The translations under genes and the position numbers were made by a program. From Gemmatimonadota bacterium (GTDB taxonomy: Bacteria > Gemmatimonadota > Gemmatimonadetes > Palauibacterales > Palauibacteraceae), in NCBI GenBank assembly GCA_039587355.1, contig JBDHIO010000009.1, positions 4,907 to 68,906 on the forward strand: a stretch of 64,000 nt of DNA, given 5' to 3'. The notes beneath the pieces were generated by a model, which ran no database searches, had not been told where the DNA came from, and saw nothing but the letters and a program-made list of their open reading frames with translations. Of the stretch, positions 1 to 8,922 are shown piece after piece. Position 1 is the first letter of the stretch. The number at the start of each line of letters is the position of its first letter.

Positions 1-269
1 GGTGCTGGCGTTTGTGTTCTTCAGGGTCTGAGGGTTGGGGCAGTTGGCGGGCCCCAGCTCACTCGCACGTGCTCCTAACCAAGCGTCTATCAGGGAGGCA
101 GGAAGACGGGTCGTTCGGGGTGCTTGCCATGCAGAAGTAGGATGGGATCAGGCTGGACTTCTGCGCAGGTCATCGCCGCTACAAGGTCAATCGCCCTGAC
201 ATCGACCTCTTGCCGCTGGACACCTTCACGGTTGGTGCAATCTTCTCGTTCTGAGACCATCCAGTCGGG

Positions 270-1844
270 TTACCACACACCAGCCCCGAACTCGATCACG
301 AAGTTGAGCCGATTGATGTCGGCGAAACCCTTGCTCTGAACGCCGACGCGAAGGCCCCAGAAGTCTGTCAGAAAGCTCGAGAACTGGGCCCTCAGCTTGA
401 TCCCCAGCTCAGCCGTGAAGTCGGTGCGACGTACGGTCCCGTCCGGCTCTTGTTCGTCAGTAGGTATCCCCGCACGGGCTAGCTCCGTCGAGTCATACGT
501 GGCGACCTCAACCCCCGCCGCGAGGTAACCATCGATCCAGCGCGATGCCGAGGTCGTGTAATGAGCCATCCACCCGAAGTCCGCCAGTTCGGTGCTCTTC
601 AGGTAGACACGGTTAACGATGAACCCGCCGGTCAACGGGTCCTCTACATTCTTGACAATGAGAAAAGGGAACGTGAACGAGACGCCCAGGTCGCCGTCGT
701 ATCTGGCCGCGATCCCGAACGATCGTAGGACCTCCGCTTCCCGAAACCACTCCTCAAACTCTACCGGGTCAGCGGATGTATCCAGTTCCGGCCAGCCTGG
801 ACTCTCATGCTTGGAGATGTAGTAGTGGAGGCCCTCCGGCTCCGGGACGTTGGGGCTGGTCAGCGCCAGTTCTGACGGCGGCAAGGGCCTCAGCTCGTAT
901 TCGACGTGAGGAAGCTCGTAGGCGCCCGTGCTGGCGAAGTCCGACCGGGCTTCGCTCTCCTCTGGGAGTGGGGGGTAGACCCTGTGCTCGGGTCGTCGGT
1001 CCTTGGCCATCCATGCTTCGTACCCGCCCCTAAACAGCGCCCCCGTGCTGATGATGTCGCGCACTCCCCAGGCGTCGTTTACGTGGCGGCTAACATCGTA
1101 GGCAGGCGTGTACGCGCCGTCGCTGTTCTTGTCGGTGGCAAGCGCGTGCTTACCCTCCTCGACCAGCAGGTGCATGGGGAACTTGGTCTGGTCGTCCACG
1201 TCGATGACGTTCCAAAACCAGACGATTCCGTGAGCCTTTGCTTTGACCACCGTGACCATCAACACGTAGTTCGTCTCCTTGCAGCTCGCTTCTTCGAAAC
1301 TGCCGAAGCCCGTGCGAGGGACGGTGACCCGGAACTCTGCGGCTTCCAGATCGTGTAGGTGCGCACCGAGGCCCCACTCCTCGCTCAGGTAGGCGAAGTA
1401 GGAAATCCGTAAAGCGCCAACCGTTCGGAAGTCGATGATCGATTGCCCGATGTCCTCCTGGTTGAGCGCTACGCCGTCATAGGGCGAGCCGCTGGTCGAG
1501 ACTACCTCTTCCACTTGGTAATAGACGACGGGCCGATCGGGAGAAGGCTCGTCGAAAGGGAGGGGTTCGGGAATCCGAATCGACGTTCCCGACTGACCCG
1601 TGCGGGTCCGAGCGGCCCGTGGTCCATATAGGAGCTGCTCGTCAGGAGAGAACCAGTAGACTGGAGCGATATGGGAGACCAGTTCCTGCACGGTCATCTG
1701 CTCCTTCGTCCCCCACCAGACGGAGCCCGGTACGTTCGAGAAATCGCAGGTGCCAGGAGTGAAGCCTTGCTGTGCCACCAGCTCTGCGGCGGGCGTCAGA
1801 CAGCAGAGGGCCAGGCCGAGGTGCCCGCTACGGATGCGAAACAT
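270..1844 (-). CDS. secreted / outer-membrane beta-barrel-like hypothetical protein
   Basis: Long ORF 270..1889. An internal Met gives the signal peptide MFRIRSGHLGLALCCLTPAAELVAQ. The C-terminus ...RLNFVIEFGAGVW ends in an aromatic residue as in OM beta-barrels. No family recognised. Confidence 0.5.
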   Translation of the reverse strand: MFRIRSGHLGLALCCLTPAAELVAQQGFTPGTCDFSNVPGSVWWGTKEQMTVQELVSHIAPVYWFSPDEQLLYGPRAARTRTGQSGTSIRIPEPLPFDEPSPDRPVVYYQVEEVVSTSGSPYDGVALNQEDIGQSIIDFRTVGALRISYFAYLSEEWGLGAHLHDLEAAEFRVTVPRTGFGSFEEASCKETNYVLMVTVVKAKAHGIVWFWNVIDVDDQTKFPMHLLVEEGKHALATDKNSDGAYTPAYDVSRHVNDAWGVRDIISTGALFRGGYEAWMAKDRRPEHRVYPPLPEESEARSDFASTGAYELPHVEYELRPLPPSELALTSPNVPEPEGLHYYISKHESPGWPELDTSADPVEFEEWFREAEVLRSFGIAARYDGDLGVSFTFPFLIVKNVEDPLTGGFIVNRVYLKSTELADFGWMAHYTTSASRWIDGYLAAGVEVATYDSTELARAGIPTDEQEPDGTVRRTDFTAELGIKLRAQFSSFLTDFWGLRVGVQSKGFADINRLNFVIEFGAGVW

Positions 1845-2084
1845 GGGCCTCCTTGAGTCAGGTGGTTCGTGGCGACGAGATCGTGGCAAAGTGCGGTCGG
1901 TCCAGTACTGGCAAAAGTCCCCGGATGTGATGCGGAGAATCCTAGGTCGGCCTCCGTCAGGCTCCTCCGCCTGCTTCTAGCGCCTGTTGTCCAGGCATGT
2001 GACGCCCGGACCCGTGGCGATTGCTCGCGTTCTTCGACGGATCCGATCAAATTGGGCGCCGCGGCAGAACCCTGTCGCGACTAG

Positions 2085-2128
2085 GGGCGAATAGCTCAGC
2101 CTGGTTCAGAGCGCCTGCCTTACAAGCA
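2085..2128 (+). pseudogene. truncated tRNA-Val, 5' part only (acceptor, D-arm, anticodon arm through CAAGCA); attL-like remnant
   Basis: GGGCGAATAGCTCAGCCTGGTTCAGAGCGCCTGCCTTACAAGCA is identical to nt 1-44 of the intact tRNA-Val at 10695 and then diverges (CCTGTGAGG). About 100 bp upstream (1986-2084) is also ~80% identical to the region upstream of the intact gene (TGTCCAGGCATGTGAC...GCGATTGCTCGCGTTCTTCGA...GCGCCGCGGCAG...CCTGTCGCGA). Confidence 0.75.
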
Positions 2129-2208
2129 CCTGTGAGGGATGGCCGGTGCGGGAACGGTACCGGCCTTGCGGTGCCCTTGTGTGCCGTCGGCGCCACCGGC
2201 GAGAGCCG

Positions 2209-3291
2209 CTACAGGGCGACGTCCCGGGCGTGTGAGGTGACGTGCTTCGCGACGAATGGGGAGGTCATCGCGCGAACTAGCGCGCTGTAGTCGAGCTGAA
2301 ACGCGACCTCCACGCCGACGGAGAGGCGGTCCTGGCCGGCATCCGCGACGAGGTGGTCGCTGCTGGCCCCGAGGATCGAGATTCCGGGAGGCGGAAGGAG
2401 GCCGTCCGGATCCGTGTCCTGCCGTCCGAGGGCGAGGATCAACCGCCAGCTGTCGCCCCGATACACGACAGTCGGTTTGTCCCCGAACGCGGTCTGCGCG
2501 ATCTCGCCCCATGGTTGCGACGGTTTGCGTTTCGACTCGATCACTTCGGCGACGAGCGTGATGGCGTCGGTATGCAATCCGTCGATGGGTCGGCGATGGA
2601 GGGTCTCGCGTCCGAGCAGGATGGACTCGCCAAGACGCAGATGGTTGATTCGGTGCATGTCCGCGCCGCTGAAGGCCCACTCGATGCTGGCGGAGTTGCC
2701 CCCGGACACGAGGCCGATAACCGGGCCGAAGGTCGTGTCGATGGAGTCGGCCAGCGCGGACAGTTCGACCATGTTCGTCCTGTCCGGCGCCACGCCGCTG
2801 TGGCAGGCCAGGTTGGCGCCGATGCCCTCGAGCGCGATGTTCGGCAGGCGCAGCGTCTCGCGCACGTGGAACTCGACGTCGCCCGGAAGGATGCCTTCGC
2901 GGAGATCCCCAAGCTCGACCATCAGGACAACGCGGTGTGTCCGCCCGGCCTGCCGGGCCGCGGACGAGAGCTTCCTGATGACATCGAGCTCGGTGTTGAA
3001 GCTCACGTCGGTCTGCGCCACGACTCGGTCGGCCTGGCTGAGCATCGGAGAGCGAATGAGCATCATCGGGGAACGCACTCCCGCGCGGCGCATCGACTCG
3101 ATGTTCTCGATGCGAGAGTCGCCGAGCGAACTCACGCCCGCCTGAACCAGCGCGCCGGCAATCTCGGGTGATCCGAGCGTCGCCTTCGTAACGCCCGACA
3201 CCGAGATGCCGCGGTCGGCCAGCCGTCCCACCAGGACGGCCGCGTTGTGTCGGATCTTGCCGAGGTCGATCTCCAGTCGCGGCGTGCTCAT
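2209..3291 (-). CDS. PLP-dependent alanine racemase-like enzyme (YhfX / amino-acid racemase-like family)
   Basis: 360-aa ORF. N-terminal alanine-racemase TIM-barrel-like region (MSTPRLEIDLGKIRHNAAVL...GVTKATLGSPEIA) with the C-terminal beta domain. The stop overlaps the start of the upstream gene by 4 nt. Confidence 0.75.
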   Translation of the reverse strand: MSTPRLEIDLGKIRHNAAVLVGRLADRGISVSGVTKATLGSPEIAGALVQAGVSSLGDSRIENIESMRRAGVRSPMMLIRSPMLSQADRVVAQTDVSFNTELDVIRKLSSAARQAGRTHRVVLMVELGDLREGILPGDVEFHVRETLRLPNIALEGIGANLACHSGVAPDRTNMVELSALADSIDTTFGPVIGLVSGGNSASIEWAFSGADMHRINHLRLGESILLGRETLHRRPIDGLHTDAITLVAEVIESKRKPSQPWGEIAQTAFGDKPTVVYRGDSWRLILALGRQDTDPDGLLPPPGISILGASSDHLVADAGQDRLSVGVEVAFQLDYSALVRAMTSPFVAKHVTSHARDVAL

Positions 3292-4493
3292 CGCGCGACG
3301 GCGGGCAGCTTCTCCTTCAGCTCGGGGAAGGCCGCGAGAACCATCTCGACCAGGCGCTCGCGCGGCCAGGTCAGCGCATCCGTCACAGGGATGCCGAGCT
3401 CGTCCTCGTACATCGCGATGGCTTCGGTGACCTCCGTGTCGGTCATGTTCTCGTGGTTGATCGTGAGACCGATGACCTTCGTGTCGGCAAAGGTCTGTAT
3501 CAGGTGGATCTCGGACGCGGCCGTTGGCATGGCCAGCGCGGGGAAGTCGCCGAGGCGATTCCGTCCTGGTGCGTGCTGCAGCACCACGCCTTCCGGGCGA
3601 CTACCGCGGAGAATGAACGTCGAGGTGAGGTAGGCAGGGTGGCTCAGCGCGCCCTGTCCCTCGACGACGATCACATCGGGACCCTCGCCTTCGAACGCTT
3701 CGACGACGGTGGCTTCCATCTCACCCGAACAGAACTGCGACGGAATGGCATCGAGCGCCACTCCGTAGCGAGCACCCTGGATCAAACCGGTCTGGCCGGT
3801 TCCGACCAGCACCGCGGTCAGGCCGCACTCGCGGAGAGCCTGCGTCAGGATCGTTGCCGTAGTGCGCTTGCCGATCGCGCCGTCGGTGCCTAGCACGGCG
3901 ATGCGCGGGCAGGTGACCTCGCTGATGCGACCGCTGAACATGCGCAGATCCTTCTTGGCCCGTGGCTTTCGGACGTCGAGAATCTCCACGCAGTTCTCCA
4001 CGCTCGCCGCGGCGAACTCCGGGTCGTCGTTCAGGAACTCGTGGAGACCGTTGACGACGTTGATGCCCAGCCCCATCGCCTCGAGCACGACGCGGCGCTC
4101 GTGCGGCGACAGAAGGCCGCTCGAGGGGGCCATCCCGAAGATGAAGTAATCCGGCACACCTCCGACGTGCTCCAGTGCGCTGACCAGGTCACGGCAGATG
4201 GGCGTGTCGTTCGGTCTGCCGTCGAGTACCGCGCCGGCATCAAGACCGACCTTCTCGCTGTCGATGACCGCCAGGATCTCATACCTGTCCGAGTGACGGA
4301 CGAGCCCGTTGGCGGTCTTTCCGTCGCTCGCGCCGAAGTTGGCCTCGCAGTAGACGACGGCTGTTGCGGCCCGGGGTGGTTGCCCGTCGATGTTGCCTGG
4401 CGACGGGTGTGTCGTCAGGTCGTTTCCTGGGGGCCGTCTCGGACCACGGGACGGACGCGACGGGATGGATTGCGGATCTCGGAACACGGTCAC
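3288..4493 (-). CDS. DUF1611 family protein (Rossmann-like N-domain plus P-loop-like C-domain)
   Basis: 401-aa ORF with a GTDGAIGKRTTA P-loop-like segment and the typical DUF1611 C-terminal half (PDVIVVEGQGALSHP). Forms an operon with the racemase-like gene via a 4-nt overlap. Confidence 0.75.
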   Translation of the reverse strand: MTVFRDPQSIPSRPSRGPRRPPGNDLTTHPSPGNIDGQPPRAATAVVYCEANFGASDGKTANGLVRHSDRYEILAVIDSEKVGLDAGAVLDGRPNDTPICRDLVSALEHVGGVPDYFIFGMAPSSGLLSPHERRVVLEAMGLGINVVNGLHEFLNDDPEFAAASVENCVEILDVRKPRAKKDLRMFSGRISEVTCPRIAVLGTDGAIGKRTTATILTQALRECGLTAVLVGTGQTGLIQGARYGVALDAIPSQFCSGEMEATVVEAFEGEGPDVIVVEGQGALSHPAYLTSTFILRGSRPEGVVLQHAPGRNRLGDFPALAMPTAASEIHLIQTFADTKVIGLTINHENMTDTEVTEAIAMYEDELGIPVTDALTWPRERLVEMVLAAFPELKEKLPAVAR

Positions 4494-4694
4494 TCCTCGA
4501 GTTGGGCTCAGAGGAGGCGACGGAATCGTGCCGGCCAGAGTTGGCCGGAATTCAACGAGAGGTCCCCGCTAAGTCGGTCTTGAAGCGGAGCCGCCACGGG
4601 AAGGCACTGCTTCCCTGAGCGAAATCCACCATAGACACTACCGTCGGGGAGCCTTCAAGACCAGATCGAGGGGAAGCCCGTCGACATCCGGAGG

Positions 4695-4791
4695 GCCTGC
4701 ATTTACGAGCAGGAAGTCGGGGGTTCGAACCGAAGCTCGACGTCAGCCGACCGAAGCTCGCCGAGGGAGCGAGGCCATCCCTCTTCGCCCC
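4695..4791 (+). pseudogene. tRNA-Val 3' part (anticodon arm, variable loop, T-arm, acceptor 3' strand) interrupted by a 46-nt insertion in the T-loop; attR-like remnant
   Basis: GCCTGCATTTACGAGCAGGAAGTCGGGGGTTCGAA [46 nt containing CCGAAGCTCG x2] ATCCCTCTTCGCCCC, compared with the intact GCCTGCCTTACAAGCAGGAAGTCGGGGGTTCGAATCCCTCTTCGCCCA. The discriminator A is replaced by C. Confidence 0.7.
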
Positions 4792-4813
4792 CATTATGTT
4801 GTCCCTCAGTCAC

Positions 4814-4856
4814 GGGCGAATAGCTCAGCCTGGTTTAGAGCACCTGCCTTACAAGC
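4814..4856 (+). pseudogene. second truncated tRNA-Val 5' part (diverged copy), 22 nt downstream of the 3'-part remnant
   Basis: GGGCGAATAGCTCAGCCTGGTTTAGAGCACCTGCCTTACAAGC has 2 mismatches to the intact gene and then diverges (GGCCCCGAG). There is no conserved upstream block. Confidence 0.7.
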
Positions 4857-5237
4857 GGCCCCGAGATCCCCCGATTCCCGGCATTTCTCCGTATTTCAAC
4901 GGGAAAGTACGGATCATATCCCGTACTTCGATCGTCGTCTCCGGGGGTGATCCGTATATCGACAGCCCCACGAACAGCCCCAGGTCCGTGAATCCAGGAG
5001 GTGCGGGTCGCTCGGGCCCCACCACGTTCGAGAGCTGGGGCATGCTCACCGCGACCCAGTGCCCTGGCGTAGACAGGGGACGCCAGCCGACAGACAGGCG
5101 TCGCCGTGGGAGTGTCGAATGGCGCAGATGCACCCAACGCCGGCATCATTACGCAACGTCTTTTCGTCAATACGCGAGTCATACGACAGCCACGGTCAGC
5201 CCAAAGACATTATCCAGAGAGATATGGGAGACTGCCA

Positions 5238-5720
5238 GTGGAACAACACGATGCGTTGCTCACTCTAAGTGAGATTGCAGCAGCATTCGTTGGGTTTTCG
5301 ACGATCGTGGTTGTTTTCAGGTCGAATCGTTCGGAACTCCAACGGTTTCGTCTGCGCGGCGTGGCCGAGATCGGCATCGCCGTCCTCTTCGGGGCGTTCT
5401 TGCCGCTCATGGTAGCGGGGCTGGTTTCTTCAGACTCTCAAGTCTGGCGCATCAGCAGCGTGATCTTCGCGCCGACAGCCCTGACTGGTTGGATCGTCTG
5501 GTCCCGGAGCGTGTCCCGAGCCGGTCACCCGCCGACCTTCGGAAAGCTGCCGTTCGCACCCGATGTCGTGGCCAACGTGGTGGGACAGGTGCTGCTGTGG
5601 TGGAACGTGATGGCCCCGACCCCGGCCGCCCCTACTCGATATGTGACGGCTCTGATGTCGTTTCTCATCATCGCAGCCATGAGTTTCGTCGCGTCGGCTT
5701 TCGGCGGAGCTGAGACCTAG
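5238..5720 (+). CDS. small integral membrane protein (about 4 TM helices), function unknown
   Basis: GTG-start ORF in the frame of ORF 5106..5720. Hydrophobic segments LLTLSEIAAAFVGFSTIVVVF, IGIAVLFGAFLPLMVAGLV, VIFAPTALTGWIVW and ALMSFLIIAAMSFVASAF. Lower-GC region (~50%). Confidence 0.45.
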   Translation: MEQHDALLTLSEIAAAFVGFSTIVVVFRSNRSELQRFRLRGVAEIGIAVLFGAFLPLMVAGLVSSDSQVWRISSVIFAPTALTGWIVWSRSVSRAGHPPTFGKLPFAPDVVANVVGQVLLWWNVMAPTPAAPTRYVTALMSFLIIAAMSFVASAFGGAET

Positions 5721-5811
5721 AGCGACGGAATTGAGGGGATAATGCCGAGTAGGGTGAGTTAGGAACAAGACCCTTGGACGTCACGGGACGGTTCTCTTCT
5801 CCCTAGGCGGG

Positions 5812-6270
5812 TTGCGGGGCGATGTGTCCGAGAGACTCCTGTATTCGACCGTAGCCCTAGAGACCGTGCTTCTTCGGAACGAAACCGAGCCGATTCAAAG
5901 TGCCCTGTCCGATCGCGTGGCCTTCCTCGTCACACAGGAACTGGAGGGATGGCTAGCCGTCGCAAAGGATGTGAAACGGGCGTACGGCCTTAGAAGTCGA
6001 TTCGTTCATCACGGTGTCGACGCAGTCGACTCGGAGGTTGTTAGTCGCTTCTTGCTGCATAGTTGGCTGGCGATTTGGACCCTGATCCACAACGCACATC
6101 GATTTGAAGATGCGAATGAACTGGCCGATTCGTTGGACAGATTGAAGTTCGGTGGGGGCCGCTACTTGATCAGGTCAGTGGGTCTGGCCTCCGCCACTGC
6201 ACCTAACAAAGTCCGCGGGCGGCTCCGGGTCTCTGGCCGGACCGCAGCGATGCCCTCGAGGGGACTATGA
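5812..6270 (+). CDS. hypothetical protein with an Rx4H (HEPN-like) motif, RSRFVHHG
   Basis: 152-aa ORF with a TTG/GTG start in lower-GC DNA. The only sequence hook is R-x4-H followed by H (LRSRFVHHG) in a predicted helical protein. Its stop overlaps the next ORF (ATGA). Confidence 0.45.
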   Translation: MRGDVSERLLYSTVALETVLLRNETEPIQSALSDRVAFLVTQELEGWLAVAKDVKRAYGLRSRFVHHGVDAVDSEVVSRFLLHSWLAIWTLIHNAHRFEDANELADSLDRLKFGGGRYLIRSVGLASATAPNKVRGRLRVSGRTAAMPSRGL

Positions 6271-6806
6271 GTCTTGAAGATCTAGCGCGAATCGGCGAGT
6301 TCGCGGGCGTGATCGCCGTCCTTGTCACTCTACTCTACCTGTCCATCCAGGTACGGCAGAGCATCCGAGAGACCCGTGATCAAACAGCCTGGAGGATCAC
6401 GGAATCACTCAACCAGTTTACGGTCGCGCTCACCTCCGACGGGGAGACCGCGGAGATCTGGTGTCGCGGGAACGACAACTTCGACGCGCTCGATCGCGTC
6501 GAGCGGGAGCGGTTCGTAGTCCTGGTGGCTCAATGGGGCAATGTCTTGATCGCTTTGTACCGCACGAGGGACACCTCCTCGATCCCCGCCGAATACTGGG
6601 ACCACAACCTGGAGACGTTTGCGATCTACTACGCCACCTATCCGGGATTTCGGAAGGCGGTCGAATACGTGAACGTGCCGGACTACCTCCTTAGAGAGGT
6701 CGTCGCCAGGGCCGAGCTCGGAGCAGGCGCGCCGGGCACAAATACCTCGCCAGCAGCGATGAACGAGCGAGCCGAAGGTTCCACATCGGCGGACGAGGAG
6801 GCATAG
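6267..6806 (+). CDS. hypothetical single-pass membrane protein
   Basis: 179-aa ORF. N-terminal TM helix IGEFAGVIAVLVTLLYLSIQV followed by a soluble domain. 4-nt overlap with the upstream ORF indicates translational coupling. Confidence 0.5.
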   Translation: MSLEDLARIGEFAGVIAVLVTLLYLSIQVRQSIRETRDQTAWRITESLNQFTVALTSDGETAEIWCRGNDNFDALDRVERERFVVLVAQWGNVLIALYRTRDTSSIPAEYWDHNLETFAIYYATYPGFRKAVEYVNVPDYLLREVVARAELGAGAPGTNTSPAAMNERAEGSTSADEEA

Positions 6807-7191
6807 CCTGGGGTCGCCGCAAGGACCGTCCGTGAGAGCGAGAGGTCCGGAGATGAAGCAGACAAGCGTCGGTGGTGTGATTCAGATCTTCGCCAACGTC
6901 GGCGTGATCCTGAGCGTTTCTCGCCATTCAGATCGGCCCAAGCAAGCGTCCGAAGCCCCGCCGACACCGGACCACCCCTCAAACCACGCCACCCGAATTC
7001 CCTCTAGATCGCCGACCCCGACCCCCCAATCCGATTAGATCGACCCACTGTCCCTTTGGGGATGCAGCTCCTAGCGTGAATCGTTCAGATTAAGGGAAGG
7101 GGCGACTGCTGACATCCCCGTCCAGCAATCCATGTATTAGTTGGATGGCTCGGAACCGACCGTGGGATTGCGAGTCAAGGAGATGAAGATC

Positions 7192-8085
7192 ATGTCCACC
7201 ATTCGCTCGCCGCTACTCGTGGCCGCAGCGCTCACCCTCCTGCCTGCCGCGGTCACGGCTCAGGGCAGGGTGGAAAAGAACGTTGTCGTGGGCACGTGGT
7301 CTGGTCTGGCCCTGGTGATGGACGTCTACCATCCCGAAGATCCGAATGGCTACGGCATCGTATACATTGCCGGGAGTGGTTGGACGAGGCCTTTGTCTTA
7401 CGATGGTGCCCTTCTGACCGAACGGGGCGAGTCGCAGCGGTCGCCGCTCGTGGATGCAGGCTACACCGTCTTTTCCCTAACTCACCGAGCTCTTCCACGA
7501 TTCCATTTTCCTGCTCCACTGGAAGATGTGCAGCGGGCCGTCCGATTCATCCGATTCCACGCTGGGGAGTATGGCATTGACCCGCAGCGAATCGGGGCCA
7601 TGGGCGGTTCATCTGGGGGAAACCTGGCCCTCCAACTAGGCGTGCTAGATGGTGAAGGGGATCAAGACGGCCCTGATCCCGTCAATCGGGTGAGCGCGAA
7701 GGTCCAGGCCGTCGTCGCACAGGCAGCCCGAGCCGACCTGACTCATGCCGATGGGTCTTTCAGCTTCATGACATCTGTGTTGATGATCGGGGCTCGCCCT
7801 TCGCGGGACGTTGAGTCGCAGGTGGGCCGAAAGTGCTGGGAGGCGTCACCGGTCAACCACGCTTCGAGCGACGACCCTCCGACGCTGCTTCTCCACGGTG
7901 ACATGGATGAAGTCGTCCCATACCACCAATCGGAACTCATGCTCGCTGCGTTGCAGGAGCACGAGGTGGAGGCTCGCTTGCTCCGGATTCCTGGTGGCGG
8001 CCACGGTCCATCGTTTCCCGGGGCCACAGACCCGCCGGACCACATTCGTGCCGTGATCGATTGGTTCGAGCGTCTGAAGCGATAG
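7192..8085 (+). CDS. secreted alpha/beta-hydrolase (esterase/peptidase S9-like)
   Basis: Signal peptide MSTIRSPLLVAAALTLLPAAVTAQ. Nucleophile elbow GGSSGGN (G-x-S-x-G), a C-terminal HGDMDEVVP acid and GGGHG His motif. RBS AAGGAG 9 nt upstream of ATG 7192. Confidence 0.8.
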   Translation: MSTIRSPLLVAAALTLLPAAVTAQGRVEKNVVVGTWSGLALVMDVYHPEDPNGYGIVYIAGSGWTRPLSYDGALLTERGESQRSPLVDAGYTVFSLTHRALPRFHFPAPLEDVQRAVRFIRFHAGEYGIDPQRIGAMGGSSGGNLALQLGVLDGEGDQDGPDPVNRVSAKVQAVVAQAARADLTHADGSFSFMTSVLMIGARPSRDVESQVGRKCWEASPVNHASSDDPPTLLLHGDMDEVVPYHQSELMLAALQEHEVEARLLRIPGGGHGPSFPGATDPPDHIRAVIDWFERLKR

Positions 8086-8192
8086 GTCGGGTTCTACCTC
8101 GCCAGTGCGGACACTTCAGACTAGGCTTGGGCTTCCCACGGGCCCTAGGTGTCTACGCGGGTCTGGAGCAAGACCGCTCGCGGTCGCCCGCG

Positions 8193-8618
8193 CTACCTCA
8201 CGTATTCGAGCGAGTTTCCCGTCTGGCATTCATCCAAGACCAGCCGGTCAACCAGGACCGCCACGAGGTCCGAGCACCCGCACCCTTCGGGAACGAGAAA
8301 GAGGTTGTCCCGGGACGGTTCCCAGCCACCGGTCGTCACTCGGCTCTGCGTCGACACCTGCCCACCCTCCGTGACCCGTAGTCCTAGGGTATGCTCGAAA
8401 CTGCGGTCCGCACGAAGTACAAGCGTGCCCTGGGTCACCTCGACGAATCGCTGGCCTTCCTCAATGAAGGGGGCGGGCAGGTCACCGTCGTTGACGGACC
8501 GGAGTTGATATGTGCCAACGACGCTCGGCGGATCACCACCCGCGCCGGTGGGGTTATCACTTCCTCCACAAGCACAGATCCAAAGAAGGAGGATCGTGCC
8601 CAGTCCTCGGCTGCACAT
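8193..8618 (-). CDS. putative lipoprotein, function unknown
   Basis: Internal Met of ORF 8193..8825 gives MCSRGLGTILLLWICACGG (signal peptide plus Cys). 141 aa. Confidence 0.5.
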   Translation of the reverse strand: MCSRGLGTILLLWICACGGSDNPTGAGGDPPSVVGTYQLRSVNDGDLPAPFIEEGQRFVEVTQGTLVLRADRSFEHTLGLRVTEGGQVSTQSRVTTGGWEPSRDNLFLVPEGCGCSDLVAVLVDRLVLDECQTGNSLEYVR

Positions 8619-8922
8619 CCGCGGCTCCTTCGACGTTCGTCTGCCCCGCTTTCTCCTACTTTGTAGCGGAACATCCGTGCCGGCCTGCACGCCCGCGCCC
8701 AGCGGTCGAAGGAGCGGACCCCACCCGGGTTGGTTGGCGGAGGGGCATTCCGCCCCACTCGCTGTACCGGGGCGAAACAACCCGCCGTGGGACGGGCTGG
8801 CTTCTCGGCCTGTGTGAGAGAGCATCCCGGAGGCGTGGAGCGCAACCCCTAGCCAGTCCCCGAACGCTTCGGCGCTCCGTCACGAGTGGTTTGAAGGCCC
8901 TGAGGTCATCACCGTCAACGCT

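Noticed and set aside
124-339. 71-aa + ORF at window start
   Set aside because: Overlaps the 3' end of the 270..1844 minus-strand gene. No features.
2353-3171. + strand ORFs inside the racemase-like gene
   Set aside because: Antisense to a gene with recognisable PLP-enzyme fold sequence. Low-complexity.
4695-4856. Circularly permuted tRNA-Val gene (3' half followed by 5' half)
   Set aside because: Both pieces carry a full or partial anticodon arm, which is duplication rather than permutation. The 3' piece has a 46-nt T-loop insertion and a C in place of the discriminator A. Att-site remnants of a tandem array explain it better.
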